This document shows, one piece after another, positions 18,123-27,512 of a stretch of 51,046 bases of DNA. Each line of letters starts with the position of its first letter. Positions within the stretch are counted from its first letter, which is position 1. Source of the DNA: a virus; UHGV virus genome UHGV-1266211. One strand, written 5' to 3'. A program made the position numbers and the translations under genes. The notes under the pieces were generated by a model. It was not told the DNA's origin. It worked only from the letters and a program-made list of their open reading frames with translations, and made no database searches.

Positions 18123-18722
18123 ATGGCGCACGAACTACAACTCATTAAGCAATCATCAGGAATCCTGATCCCCGCTACGCCGGAGACCAGCGATATTCTG
18201 CAATCAAAAATCAAACTCGGCTCCGTACTGGTGGCTGAGTTCCGGCAGGTACGCAACCCGGCCTTTCACCGTCGTTTCTTCGCGTTACTCAATCTCGGTT
18301 TCGAATACTGGGAACCCACCGGCGGGGCGATCTCCTCCAACGAGCGCAAACTGGTAACCGGCTACGCCAAATTCCTTGCCTCATTCGCGGGAAGTGAAGC
18401 TGCACTCCTGGATGCAGCTGAGCAATATCTGGAGCGTATCGCTGATAAGCGCGCCGGTAGCATTAGCATCTGCAAATCCTATGATGCTTATCGTGCATGG
18501 GTGATCATCGAGTCTGGTCACTACGACGCCATTCAGCTTCCCGACGGCACCCTTCGCAAACACCCCCGCAGCATTGCCTTCGCCAACATGGACGAAACCG
18601 AGTTCCAGCAGCTGTACAAAGCCGCGCTCGATGTTCTGTGGCGCTGGGTATTGTCCCGGGCATTCAAAGACCAGCGTGAAGCGGAAAACGCCGCCTCGCA
18701 GCTCATGAGCTTTGCGGGGTGA
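18123..18722 (+). CDS. YbcN/DUF1367-like nin-region protein (tentative)
   Basis: 199 aa; position upstream of YbcO-like and rusA mirrors DLP12 ybcN-ninE-ybcO-rusA. Confidence 0.5.
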   Translation: MAHELQLIKQSSGILIPATPETSDILQSKIKLGSVLVAEFRQVRNPAFHRRFFALLNLGFEYWEPTGGAISSNERKLVTGYAKFLASFAGSEAALLDAAEQYLERIADKRAGSISICKSYDAYRAWVIIESGHYDAIQLPDGTLRKHPRSIAFANMDETEFQQLYKAALDVLWRWVLSRAFKDQREAENAASQLMSFAG

Positions 18723-18928
18723 TGGCGATGAAGCATACCTGGTTCCATCATACCGATTGCACAACCCAGCAGGCCGAAGAGCTCATGGAGGAATACCAGC
18801 GCCGCGGCGTAATGGTAGAGCGCAGCCTGAACTCCGATTATCTCACCTGGACCGTCAGCGCCCGGCTTCCTGAAGGCAATAAACCACCGCGTATAAATCG
18901 CCAGTGGCAAAACCGGATATGGGGGTGA
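18719..18928 (+). CDS. Hypothetical small protein (NinE position)
   Basis: 69 aa. Confidence 0.4.
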   Translation: MMAMKHTWFHHTDCTTQQAEELMEEYQRRGVMVERSLNSDYLTWTVSARLPEGNKPPRINRQWQNRIWG

Positions 18929-19212
18929 GCGTGGCTATTTATCGCAGCAAGAAATGGCTCGCCGCCGTCGGGCAGATCGAACGTTGTGTTCTTTGTGGCG
19001 CATGGGGAACGCAGGTGGCACACCGGAACGAAGGGAAAGGCATGGGATTAAAAACTGATGACTGTGCGACAGCTGCGCTCTGCGTTTGCTGTCATGACAG
19101 CATTGATAACGGGAATAAGCTGAACAGGGAAGAGCGCCGGCAGCTTATGGATCGCGCGATTGTTCTGACAGTGATTGAAGTTGCCCGCCGCGGGCTGGTG
19201 GTGCCCGCATGA
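18904..19212 (+). CDS. YbcO/DUF1364-like Cys-rich putative nuclease
   Basis: ...CVLCGAWGTQVAHRNEG...CATAALCVCCHDSID pattern. Confidence 0.6.
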   Translation: MAKPDMGVSVAIYRSKKWLAAVGQIERCVLCGAWGTQVAHRNEGKGMGLKTDDCATAALCVCCHDSIDNGNKLNREERRQLMDRAIVLTVIEVARRGLVVPA

Positions 19213-19565
19213 AAATTTACGAAATTACGCCGATTGGCAAGCCCAGGATGACTCAGCGTGACCGATGGCATAAACGGCCAGCAACGGCAGCGTACTGGGC
19301 TTACAAAGAACAGGTCAGGTTGCTCGGCATCCGTCTGCCTGAGTCCGGATATCACGTCACGTTCGTTATCCCCATGCCAAAGAGCTGGAGTAAGGCAAAG
19401 CGGGCGCAATATGTCGGCAAGCCACATCGACAAAAGCCGGACAAAGACAACCTGGAAAAAGCTTTGCTGGATGCAGTGTTTGACGAGGATAGCCATGTCT
19501 GGGACGGACGGGTTACCAAAATCTGGGGAGAAACCGGGCAAATCATTATTGAGGAGGCCAAATGA
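19209..19565 (+). CDS. rusA: Holliday junction resolvase RusA
   Basis: 118 aa; ...PIGKPRMTQRDRW ... KPDKDNLEKALLDA... conserved RusA core. Confidence 0.85.
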   Translation: MKIYEITPIGKPRMTQRDRWHKRPATAAYWAYKEQVRLLGIRLPESGYHVTFVIPMPKSWSKAKRAQYVGKPHRQKPDKDNLEKALLDAVFDEDSHVWDGRVTKIWGETGQIIIEEAK

Positions 19566-19699
19566 AGCCAGAAACGCTTGAGATACTCCGCGCGCGCTGG
19601 CAGCGCCTTCGCATTTATCGCTACCGGGGATCGGTGCTGGTGGATTATCGCATTCTTCGTAATTTTGTTCGTATCTATCATTCAGCAGGAGCAGCCTAA
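19562..19699 (+). CDS. Small protein (YlcG position)
   Basis: 45 aa between rusA and Q, as ylcG in DLP12. Confidence 0.35.
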   Translation: MKPETLEILRARWQRLRIYRYRGSVLVDYRILRNFVRIYHSAGAA

Positions 19700-20514
19700 T
19701 GAACCTCGAAAACACCGTGAAATATCACTTCGCCAAGTCGACGCTTATTAGCGACTCTCCGCGCGCCACTGGTTCAGATTCGCTGACCGGGACGGATGTC
19801 ATGGCGGCCATGGGCATGACCCAGGAACGTGCCGCCATGGGATACAGTGCCTTCCTCGGCAAGATGGGCATCAGTTACAACGATCGGGAGAGGGCGATTG
19901 AGTTGCTGTCTGAGTACGCGTTAACCAAATGCGATAAGGTTGCCGCGCTGCGCAAGCTGGACGATGCGGTTAAGCCACTGGTGATGCACCAGTTGGCCAC
20001 CTTCGCTTTTGAAGATTACTCCCGCAGCGCTGCGAGCGTTAAGCAGTGTGATTGTTGCAGCGGGCAGGGATTTATTGAGGCCGACGTGTTCACAATGAAA
20101 TCTCATTATTCAATGAGGATTCCTCAATGGGCGAAAGAGCTTGGTCAGTCACCGAGTGATTTCGAGGTTAAACGACAGGTTCGAGAGGTGGTTCGAGTGC
20201 TGTGCTCGAACTGCAAGGGGAAGAAGGTTGTCAGTTGTGCCTGCAATGATTGCCGGGGACGTGGGAAAGCCGTAGACCAGAAGGAAACGAAGAAACAGGG
20301 TGTGCCGGTTATGACTGACTGCAAGCGCTGCGGCGGGCGTGGATATGAACGCATTCCTTCAACTGAGGCCCACGCAGCTGTTTGCCAGATTACGGATGTA
20401 ATCAGCCTGGATACGTGGAAGAAGTCCGTTAAACCGTTCTATGATCAGCTGATTACGAAATTCGATATTGAAGAGGCATGGGCAGAAAACCAACTGAAAC
20501 AAATAACACGATAA
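19699..20514 (+). CDS. Late antiterminator Q-like protein
   Basis: 271 aa, multiple CxxC pairs (CDCCSG, CSNCKG, CACNDCRG, CKRCGGRG), directly upstream of the lysis genes. Confidence 0.75.
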   Translation: MNLENTVKYHFAKSTLISDSPRATGSDSLTGTDVMAAMGMTQERAAMGYSAFLGKMGISYNDRERAIELLSEYALTKCDKVAALRKLDDAVKPLVMHQLATFAFEDYSRSAASVKQCDCCSGQGFIEADVFTMKSHYSMRIPQWAKELGQSPSDFEVKRQVREVVRVLCSNCKGKKVVSCACNDCRGRGKAVDQKETKKQGVPVMTDCKRCGGRGYERIPSTEAHAAVCQITDVISLDTWKKSVKPFYDQLITKFDIEEAWAENQLKQITR

Positions 20515-20599
20515 CGGCTATGGAAGTTAATTCCAGCTATTTACTTTTCCCGAATCTGTGTTAATTTTATCCCAACGATGGGTTAATGCCTTCGTTTCA

Positions 20600-20632
20600 A
20601 GCCCCGCGGATAACACCGTGGGGCTTTTGCGT
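20600..20632 (+). terminator. tR'-like terminator of the short late leader
   Basis: agccccgcgg-ataaca-ccgtggggct plus T4. Confidence 0.5.
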
Positions 20633-20880
20633 TTCTGGAGGGTAAGAAAATGCACGGGTAGAACGGACAGACCGCAGTCGAAAGGCACTGCAGCAGTCAT
20701 GATGCTGCCCCGAGTCGCGTAATGGCGAGCCTGTGTAGTGATGGGTAAGGGTTCATAGATCAAAATAAGCTCCGGTAAAGCAGCGTGAATGCCAGATACG
20801 CACCGGTTATCAGCGGCGATGACGCGACAGCACCTCAAGGGCATGAGCGTGGCCACTCCGGGAAGTGGCAAAGAATTTAT

Positions 20881-20905
20881 AGCCTCGCTTATGCGGGGCT
20901 TTTCT
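20881..20905 (+). terminator. Terminator hairpin (copy 1 of a recurring motif)
   Basis: agcctcgc-ttat-gcggggct plus T4. Confidence 0.5.
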
Positions 20906-21018
20906 ATTTCAGGCCTCACGGGAATCATCCGCTACGTGCTTTGTTGATAAATCCAGCCCGTGAAGCCTGACCCTTTTCATACACACACAGCGCCATCCGA
21001 AGAATCGGAGGTGAGGCT

Positions 21019-21297
21019 ATGACCAGAATGAGCACCATTTACAGCAGACTTTCATATGGAACAGGCACCACGCTGACCGGCTGCGGTGTATCAGCGAAGG
21101 CATATGCCGAAACAGCAAAAACAGCAAAAGAGGTGTCCTGGATGTTGGCCGACAGAATTGCAGGGTTAAGCCTGAGCGACTGGGCAATTATTGTCGGTAT
21201 CGCATGCACGGTAATCACCTGTGCAGTGAACTGGTATTTCCGCTGGAAAGAACGGGAGGATCGGCGCAATGGCTATGTCTCTAAAGCTGAAGAATAA
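21019..21297 (+). CDS. Holin (S21/pinholin-like), dual-start motif
   Basis: Met1-Thr-Arg-Met4 dual start; TM segment; C-terminal ...YFRWKEREDRR like S21 ...YFKIREDRRK. Confidence 0.75.
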   Translation: MTRMSTIYSRLSYGTGTTLTGCGVSAKAYAETAKTAKEVSWMLADRIAGLSLSDWAIIVGIACTVITCAVNWYFRWKEREDRRNGYVSKAEE

Positions 21298-21817
21298 ATT
21301 GAGCGCAGCGGTCGTTGGTTTGATTCTTGCCGGGGCTTCCGCACCCGTGATTCTCGATCAGTTTCTGGATGAGAAAGAGGGTAACAGCTTGACAGCATAT
21401 CGCGACGGCGGCGGACTCTGGACCATTTGCCGTGGTGCAACAATGGTTGATGGCAAGCCAGTAGTACAGGGCATGAAGCTGTCAGCTGAGAAATGCGCCC
21501 AGGTAAACGCCATTGAACGCGACAAGGCGCTGGCGTGGGTTGACCGAAATATCAAAGTACCACTGACCGAACCACAGAAGGTGGGTATTGCATCCTTCTG
21601 CCCGTATAACATCGGCCCCGGTAAATGCTTCCCATCGACCTTCTATAAGCGCATCAACGCAGGTGACCGCATCGGTGCATGCGAGGCAATCCGCTGGTGG
21701 ATTAAAGACGGTGGCCGTGATTGCCGTCTAACCAAAGGCCAGAAGAATGGCTGCTATGGTCAGGTTGAGCGACGGGACCAGGAAAGCGCGCTGGCGTGCT
21801 GGGGGTTAGACCAATGA
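21269..21817 (+). CDS. SAR endolysin (phage lysozyme with N-terminal signal-anchor-release domain)
   Basis: Gly/Ala-rich weak TM N-terminus then collinear similarity to P21 R (...W.KD...GC.....W...GG). Confidence 0.85.
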   Translation: MAMSLKLKNKLSAAVVGLILAGASAPVILDQFLDEKEGNSLTAYRDGGGLWTICRGATMVDGKPVVQGMKLSAEKCAQVNAIERDKALAWVDRNIKVPLTEPQKVGIASFCPYNIGPGKCFPSTFYKRINAGDRIGACEAIRWWIKDGGRDCRLTKGQKNGCYGQVERRDQESALACWGLDQ

Positions 21818-22362
21818 TCAGCGAGTCTGTTAAGACCTGGTGGAAAGCCGCCACGGTTTCAGCGCTTCTCATTGCCTCATTCGCCGCAGGTAGTGTGTGG
21901 ACGGAACGAGCATGGGAAAAGAAATGGGCAGATCGTAATAGTGAGGAGTCCTCTCAGGCAGAGAACGCTCAAACGGTTGCCCGTATGATTGAACAAGGGC
22001 GTGTAATTGCTCGCGATGAGGCTGTTAAAAATGCACAAGAACAGGCTGCAAAAGCAGCTGCGAATGCTGCTGGTCTGTCTGCCACTGTTAGCCAGCTGCG
22101 CACCGAAGCAACAAAACTTGCCATCCACCTGGATGCCGCAAAGCACACCGCAGATCTTGCCGCTACCGTCCGAAGCAAAACAACCGACACCAACGCAGGA
22201 TTGCTTGCCGACATGCTCGGAGATATTGCAGCAGAAGCTAAACGATATGCTGGAATCGCTGACGAACGCTACCGGGCAGGAATGACGTGTGAGCGCGTTT
22301 ACGACTCGGTGAGAGAGTCAAATAACGGGATCTGGCAAAAAGCGGGGACGAATCCCCGCTAG
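21814..22362 (+). CDS. Rz-like i-spanin
   Basis: N-terminal TM, Ala/Gln-rich coiled-coil; ATGA overlap with the endolysin. Confidence 0.7.
   Translation: MISESVKTWWKAATVSALLIASFAAGSVWTERAWEKKWADRNSEESSQAENAQTVARMIEQGRVIARDEAVKNAQEQAAKAAANAAGLSATVSQLRTEATKLAIHLDAAKHTADLAATVRSKTTDTNAGLLADMLGDIAAEAKRYAGIADERYRAGMTCERVYDSVRESNNGIWQKAGTNPR
22064..22285 (+). CDS. Rz1-like o-spanin lipoprotein embedded in Rz (+1 frame)
   Basis: [12 protein letters not shown] lipobox, Pro-rich. Confidence 0.6.
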   Translation: MLLVCLPLLASCAPKQQNLPSTWMPQSTPQILPLPSEAKQPTPTQDCLPTCSEILQQKLNDMLESLTNATGQE

Positions 22363-22365
22363 CTG

Positions 22366-22581
22366 TTAGCCAACTTTGCGATAAGGGTAGCCAGCTTTTT
22401 TGATGTGGGCATCAAAATACTGGCCTTTTGACGACGCATTCATTAGTGCCGTGTACACGGTAGATGGAACCCGAGAGTATTGATAAATGCCACTGCTATG
22501 GAATGCAATTTCCAGCGTCGAAGTGGCCTGGTCATAACCTACTGATTGGAGATTTGAAGATGAAACAGGTTGACGAATCAA
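22366..22581 (-). CDS. KTSC-domain protein
   Basis: ...SSNLQSVGYDQATSTLEIAFHSSGIYQYSRVP..VYTALMNASSKGQYF... Confidence 0.6.
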   Translation of the reverse strand: MIRQPVSSSNLQSVGYDQATSTLEIAFHSSGIYQYSRVPSTVYTALMNASSKGQYFDAHIKKAGYPYRKVG

Positions 22582-22724
22582 AGCAGTTTCCTCGTTTGAA
22601 TGGGAAGAGTCCCGAGGAAATCGTAGAGCTATTCAAAAGTTATAACTTTGTCGATGATCATGGTCATCGACTGGATATGTGCCAGGACTTCAAAGATTTG
22701 GTTGAGCTTGCAAGCGATGCCTGA
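22560..22724 (+). CDS. Hypothetical small protein
   Basis: 54 aa from internal Met; followed by a terminator. Confidence 0.3.
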   Translation: MKQVDESKQFPRLNGKSPEEIVELFKSYNFVDDHGHRLDMCQDFKDLVELASDA

Positions 22725-22751
22725 TGGCGTTACCGAAGCAGAAAGAAAGCT

Positions 22752-22776
22752 AGCCTCGCATTAGCGGGGCTTTTTT
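22752..22776 (+). terminator. Terminator hairpin (copy 2 of recurring motif)
   Basis: agcctcgc-atta-gcggggc plus T6. Confidence 0.55.
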
Positions 22777-22803
22777 ACGACCAGAAGAAGCAGGAGAAGA
22801 AGT

Positions 22804-23004
22804 ATGTTAACAGTAAAAGTAATGTCGCCTGGTGGCGGCGAAGAGATTCATTGCGGTCTGAGTGTTGGCTTTAACCCTGACCAGCAGAGTATTGCTGTCT
22901 CGGGCATGGACCAGAACGTGTTTCTGAAACCCGGCGAGGTTGCTTATGTGATGAATGCTAACGGTAAGACCATTTCCCGTTACGAATGCCCCGCGCAGTT
23001 ATGA
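22804..23004 (+). CDS. Hypothetical small protein
   Basis: 66-aa ORF with GGAGAAGAAG RBS. Confidence 0.4.
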   Translation: MLTVKVMSPGGGEEIHCGLSVGFNPDQQSIAVSGMDQNVFLKPGEVAYVMNANGKTISRYECPAQL

Positions 23005-23064
23005 GCATTACAGAAGCCATTCCGAAGAGTGGCTTCGATAATGTGGCGTTAATATTACTGATTC

Positions 23065-23238
23065 TCAGTAGTCCGACTTAGCGAGAGAGGTTCCGCTGAA
23101 AAAACCTGATTTCCGTTCATCTTTTACGAACCATTCGCAATAGTACTGATCACGTTCATCATCAAAGTAGCTTACGGTCATCAGGGGGCCACCGGACTTC
23201 AATTGGACAACGGTTCCATCTTCCAATTTTTCAGACAT
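23065..23238 (-). CDS. DUF2158-like small protein
   Basis: 57 aa MSEKLEDGTVVQLKSGGPLMTVSYF...CEWF; GGAGGA RBS; not in ORF track. Confidence 0.5.
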   Translation of the reverse strand: MSEKLEDGTVVQLKSGGPLMTVSYFDDERDQYYCEWFVKDERKSGFFSGTSLAKSDY

Positions 23239-23364
23239 TTAATCCTCCATATCAAAAAAGAAATTGATCGTTTTAACTTGTAGATAGGGATGCCATGACG
23301 CTAGCGCCCTATTGATTTGCCTAACCAATATGTACTGACAACCTTATAAAGGCTAGAGATATTT

Positions 23365-24015
23365 ATGGCAAAAACGGCTTCGAGTGATCTTCCGCAACGC
23401 CCACTTCCACCAGTTAATTTCATTGGCCCCGATAACTGGCAGCCCTACACCAGATTAATCCCCGCCAATGAAGCGCATGAGTGGATAAGCCGACAAATCC
23501 TCAGCGATAGCGGAAGCATACATAATCCTGACCACGCCCATTTAATTGAAGCTGATTTGTGTTTTATGTGGGCTTCAGAATCGTTCGCGAAGAAAGGTCG
23601 CTATGTTCTCGGTCAGGCCGAGCAGGTAATGCTCCGCGCAGGTGGTTGGCAGAAAGCCAGAATGGAACAGCAGATGTATGAATGGTTTGGGCGCATCCCG
23701 AAGTTCATCATCACGTTGGCCTCCGATTATTGTTCACAATGCAGCGACCTCGAGTTCTGCGCACTGGTAGAGCATGAGCTTTACCACATTGCCCAGGCCA
23801 CCGATGAGTTTGGCGCTCCGAAGTTCAACAAAGAGACCGGGCAACCGGTACTGACATTGCGCGGCCACGACGTCGAAGAATTTGTCGGTGTTGTGCGTAG
23901 ATACGGGGCGAGCACTGAAGTGCAAGAACTGGTGGACGCAGCCAATCAACCTGCAGAGGTGGCAAAACTTAACATCGCCAGAGCGTGCGGGACGTGCATG
24001 CTGAGACTGGCGTGA
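23365..24015 (+). CDS. Putative Zn-metallopeptidase-like protein (HExxH)
   Basis: 216 aa with VEHELYHIAQ motif. Confidence 0.45.
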   Translation: MAKTASSDLPQRPLPPVNFIGPDNWQPYTRLIPANEAHEWISRQILSDSGSIHNPDHAHLIEADLCFMWASESFAKKGRYVLGQAEQVMLRAGGWQKARMEQQMYEWFGRIPKFIITLASDYCSQCSDLEFCALVEHELYHIAQATDEFGAPKFNKETGQPVLTLRGHDVEEFVGVVRRYGASTEVQELVDAANQPAEVAKLNIARACGTCMLRLA

Positions 24016-24046
24016 ATTTTTGACTGATTATGACAGGCGGTAAGCG

Positions 24047-24535
24047 ATGGCTGCATTAAAGGGAGAGGTGAAAGCGTTTATCGTTCAATCGCTTGCATGC
24101 TTCGACACGCCGTCGCAAGTGGTCGATGCCGTCAAAAAAGAATTTGGCATCACGATCCCCCGTCAGCAGGTTGAATCTCACGACCCGACGAAAGCAAACG
24201 GCAAAGGTCTGGCGAAAAAATGGGTCGAGATGTTCAACGAAACCCGCGAGCGCTTCCAGACGGAAATTGCAGAAATCCCGATCGCTAATAAGGCTTATCG
24301 GCTTCGCGTACTGCAACGAATGTCTGTGACCGCAGAGAACATGAAAAACCTCGGCATGACAGCTCAGCTTCTCGAACAGGCAGCAAAAGAAGTTGGGGAT
24401 GTCTACACCAACAAACAGAAGGTTGAGCAAAGCGTTGTTGCCACCCATAACGTTATGCCGGTCCCGTCCTGCGATAACGTCGACGACTGGGAAGCAGCAG
24501 CACAGAAACAGCAGAGCGAGGTTCTTGGTGGATGA
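24047..24535 (+). CDS. Putative terminase small subunit
   Basis: 162 aa, directly upstream of and overlapping the large terminase start. Confidence 0.5.
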   Translation: MAALKGEVKAFIVQSLACFDTPSQVVDAVKKEFGITIPRQQVESHDPTKANGKGLAKKWVEMFNETRERFQTEIAEIPIANKAYRLRVLQRMSVTAENMKNLGMTAQLLEQAAKEVGDVYTNKQKVEQSVVATHNVMPVPSCDNVDDWEAAAQKQQSEVLGG

Positions 24536-26103
24536 ATTACAAAGCCGTCTGGAAACCTTTGCCGGGATCGCAATCGCTCTCCCTGAGTTGCCCGTGTAAC
24601 GAAATCCTCTACGAAGGTACGCGAGGCCCCGGTAAAACCGCCGCGCAACTGGCGCGCTTTCGTCGCCTGGTTGGTCTGGGCTATGGCTCGTTCTGGCGTG
24701 GCGTCATTTTCGATACCGAGTATAAAAACCTCACCGACATCATTACCCAGTCAAAGCGTATGTATCGCCTGTTTAATGACGGTGCACGCTATCTGGCGTC
24801 AGCATCTGAATTGCGCTGGGTATGGCCGACTGGCGAAGAGTTGCTGTTCCGCTTTGGGAAGGAAGAGGGGGATTACTGGGATTACCACGGTCAGGAGTTC
24901 CCGTTCATCGGCTTTAACGAGCTGACAAAGCAGCAGTCTGCTGAGTTCTACGAAATGATGTTCTCCTGCCGGCGCTCATCGTTCCGGCCGGAGAACTACC
25001 CGCTGGCTAACGGCGGTCTGTTGAAGCCAATCCCGCTCGAAACATTCAGCACGACCAACCCATTCGGCATCGGCCACACCTGGGTGAAGAAACGCTTCAT
25101 CGAGCCAGCGCCCCGCGGCACCATCATTCGTGAAACGCAGCAGGTGTTTAACCCGCAAACTGAGCGCGAAGAGGATGTGACGCTGACGCGCGTGGCTATT
25201 CACGGCTCGTTCAAAGAGAACCCGTATCTGGATCCCCAGTACATCGCAACGCTGATGGCCATCAAAGACCCGAACCGCCGCAAAGCTTGGGTAGAGGGCT
25301 CCTGGGATGTCACCAGCGGTGGGCGCTTTGACCACCTGTGGAATGCATCGCTGCACGTCATTAAGCCGTTCCGCATCCCGGATAGCTGGACGGTTGACCG
25401 TTCCCATGACTGGGGTGAGTCGAAGCCGTTCTCTAACCTCTGGTGGGCGCGAGCCGACGGTACTGCCGCAGAACTGCCTGATGGTCGCCAGTTCTGCCCG
25501 CCTGCCGGGTCGCTGATCCTGATTGGCGAGTGGTATGGCTGTCCACCTGACGAGCTGAACAAAGGGCTCAATATGAGCTCGACAAACGTCGCCAAGGGTG
25601 TGGCCTGGATTGATAAGCGGCTGATGGGCGAAGAGCTGCCTGAACCTGAAGAGATAAAACTCAATGGGATAACTCAGGGGCAACTGAACATCATGCCCGG
25701 TATCTGCAAAAAGGTTGTGCCCGGACCTGCTGACGGGGCTATCTACAACACCGGTGATGACGAATTATCTATTGCCCAGAAAATGGAATCCCAGGGCGTT
25801 AAATGGGTGCCATCCAACAAGAAGCCGGGTTCACGCGTGAACGGCGCGGCACTGTTTGCTGACATGCTGGAGGCCGTCATTGAGGGCAAGAAGCTGGAAT
25901 CAGGTATGCCAGAGAAACCAGCATTCTACGTGTTTGACTACTGCCGGGGCTGGATTAGCCGTGTTCCGGTTCTCGTTCGCGACAGTAAGAACCCTGACGA
26001 TGTAGACACACAGCAGGAAGATCACGATTGGGATGGCACGCGCTATGCCGTCCTACATTCACCGCCGAAGAAAGTCGGCAAAGTCACCAGCCTGAGGCTC
26101 TAA
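24532..26103 (+). CDS. Terminase large subunit
   Basis: Walker-A-like EGTRGPGKT near N-terminus; size and position. Confidence 0.75.
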   Translation: MNYKAVWKPLPGSQSLSLSCPCNEILYEGTRGPGKTAAQLARFRRLVGLGYGSFWRGVIFDTEYKNLTDIITQSKRMYRLFNDGARYLASASELRWVWPTGEELLFRFGKEEGDYWDYHGQEFPFIGFNELTKQQSAEFYEMMFSCRRSSFRPENYPLANGGLLKPIPLETFSTTNPFGIGHTWVKKRFIEPAPRGTIIRETQQVFNPQTEREEDVTLTRVAIHGSFKENPYLDPQYIATLMAIKDPNRRKAWVEGSWDVTSGGRFDHLWNASLHVIKPFRIPDSWTVDRSHDWGESKPFSNLWWARADGTAAELPDGRQFCPPAGSLILIGEWYGCPPDELNKGLNMSSTNVAKGVAWIDKRLMGEELPEPEEIKLNGITQGQLNIMPGICKKVVPGPADGAIYNTGDDELSIAQKMESQGVKWVPSNKKPGSRVNGAALFADMLEAVIEGKKLESGMPEKPAFYVFDYCRGWISRVPVLVRDSKNPDDVDTQQEDHDWDGTRYAVLHSPPKKVGKVTSLRL

Positions 26104-26107
26104 ACCC

Positions 26108-27511
26108 ATGCCTGATATTTCAACCCCCAATCTGGACTATGGGAACATGGTGCAGGCGTGGGACATCAACGACGCCCTGATGGGCGGCACGCTCTATATG
26201 CGACAACTGGGCGAGGCATATCTCCCGCGCTGGCCGAAAGAAGACAAAGAGGACTATAAAAAACGCCTCTCTGTGGCCACGCTTTTGCCCGCCTACGAAG
26301 AGACCATCAACCAGAACGTTGGCCGCGTATTCGCTGAGCCGATCCAACTGGGCGAGAACGTCCCGGATGCGCTGCGCGAGTTCTCGAAGAACGTTGACCT
26401 GGAAGGCAGTCGCCTCGATGTCTGGTCGCAGGCGTTCTTCAGCCTGGCAATGCAGTATGGCCTTTCGCACGCTCTGGTGGATTATCCCCGGGTGGACGCC
26501 GAAAAGGTGAAGACCAAGGCGGATGAAAAGGCTATCGGCGCGCGGCCGTACGTCACCATGCTAAATCCCCGTCAGGTGATCGGCTGGAAGTCAAAGATAA
26601 CCGGCGGCAAGGTGGTGCTCACCGAACTGCGCATCAAAGAGGTGGTAGTCGAAGACGGCGATGATTTCGGGCAAACAAAGGTCGAGCAGATTCGACTGCT
26701 GACGCCCGGGCAGGTGCAGATTTACCGCAAGGCCACTGGTGCCGACGGCCAGGCGAACTGGACGCTGCACGAGGAATGGCAAACATCCCGCAGGGATATT
26801 ACCCTGGTTACGCTCTACACCAAGCGCACTGGGTTTATGTGCGGTTCTCCGCCGCTGTTGAACATGGCGCTGTTGAATGTGAAGCACTGGCAGAGCCAGA
26901 GCGAGCAGGACAACATTCTGCACGTCGCGCGCGTCCCTCTGCTCACGGTATTCGGGCTAGAGGATGGGCAGGAACTGGTAATTGGCTCTTCGTCTGCAAC
27001 TCAGTTCTCCGATCGACAGAAACAGGGATTGGAATATGTCGAGCATACTGGAACCTCAATTAGTGCCGGTAAAGAGTCGCTAACCGACCTGGTGGAGCAG
27101 ATGCGCCAGGCAGGCGCGAAACTGCTGCGCACTGACAACACCTCAACCAAGTCTGTTGACCAGACCTCAGAAGAGAAGATGCAGGAGCAGTCACCGCTCT
27201 ACACCATGGCAACCAGCCTAGAGGATGCGATCGACAATATCCTGCAGATTATGGCTGAGTACATCGGTGAATCCGAAGGTGGTAACGTCGATGTCCGCAC
27301 CGAGCTGGATGTCGAGTCGAAAGAGTTCAATCCTCCTGCTGCACTGGCCATTCAGTCGCTACGTCAGGGCGGTGACCTTCGCCGCATAGATGCGATTAAA
27401 GCGCTGCAGAAGCTTAACCTGATTGATGCAGACGCAGACCCAGAAAAGGTCCTGGACGAGTTATTGGCTGAATCCTCCTCGCTGGATACCAGAACGATAG
27501 GCGAGGTGTGA
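26108..27511 (+). CDS. Portal protein (putative)
   Basis: 467 aa between terminase and head-morphogenesis protein. Confidence 0.6.
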   Translation: MPDISTPNLDYGNMVQAWDINDALMGGTLYMRQLGEAYLPRWPKEDKEDYKKRLSVATLLPAYEETINQNVGRVFAEPIQLGENVPDALREFSKNVDLEGSRLDVWSQAFFSLAMQYGLSHALVDYPRVDAEKVKTKADEKAIGARPYVTMLNPRQVIGWKSKITGGKVVLTELRIKEVVVEDGDDFGQTKVEQIRLLTPGQVQIYRKATGADGQANWTLHEEWQTSRRDITLVTLYTKRTGFMCGSPPLLNMALLNVKHWQSQSEQDNILHVARVPLLTVFGLEDGQELVIGSSSATQFSDRQKQGLEYVEHTGTSISAGKESLTDLVEQMRQAGAKLLRTDNTSTKSVDQTSEEKMQEQSPLYTMATSLEDAIDNILQIMAEYIGESEGGNVDVRTELDVESKEFNPPAALAIQSLRQGGDLRRIDAIKALQKLNLIDADADPEKVLDELLAESSSLDTRTIGEV

Positions 27512-27512
27512 T

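Noticed and set aside
20527-20928. 133-aa minus-strand ORF and 61-aa plus-strand ORF between Q and the holin
   Set aside because: Span two terminator hairpins and lack an RBS; region treated as non-coding.
20515-21018. Possible tRNA genes in the Q-holin gap
   Set aside because: No GTTCGAATC-type T-arm or cloverleaf-compatible segment found by eye.
24976-25683. 235-aa and 154-aa minus-strand ORFs inside the large terminase gene
   Set aside because: Antisense to a well-supported gene; typical of GC-rich coding sequence.
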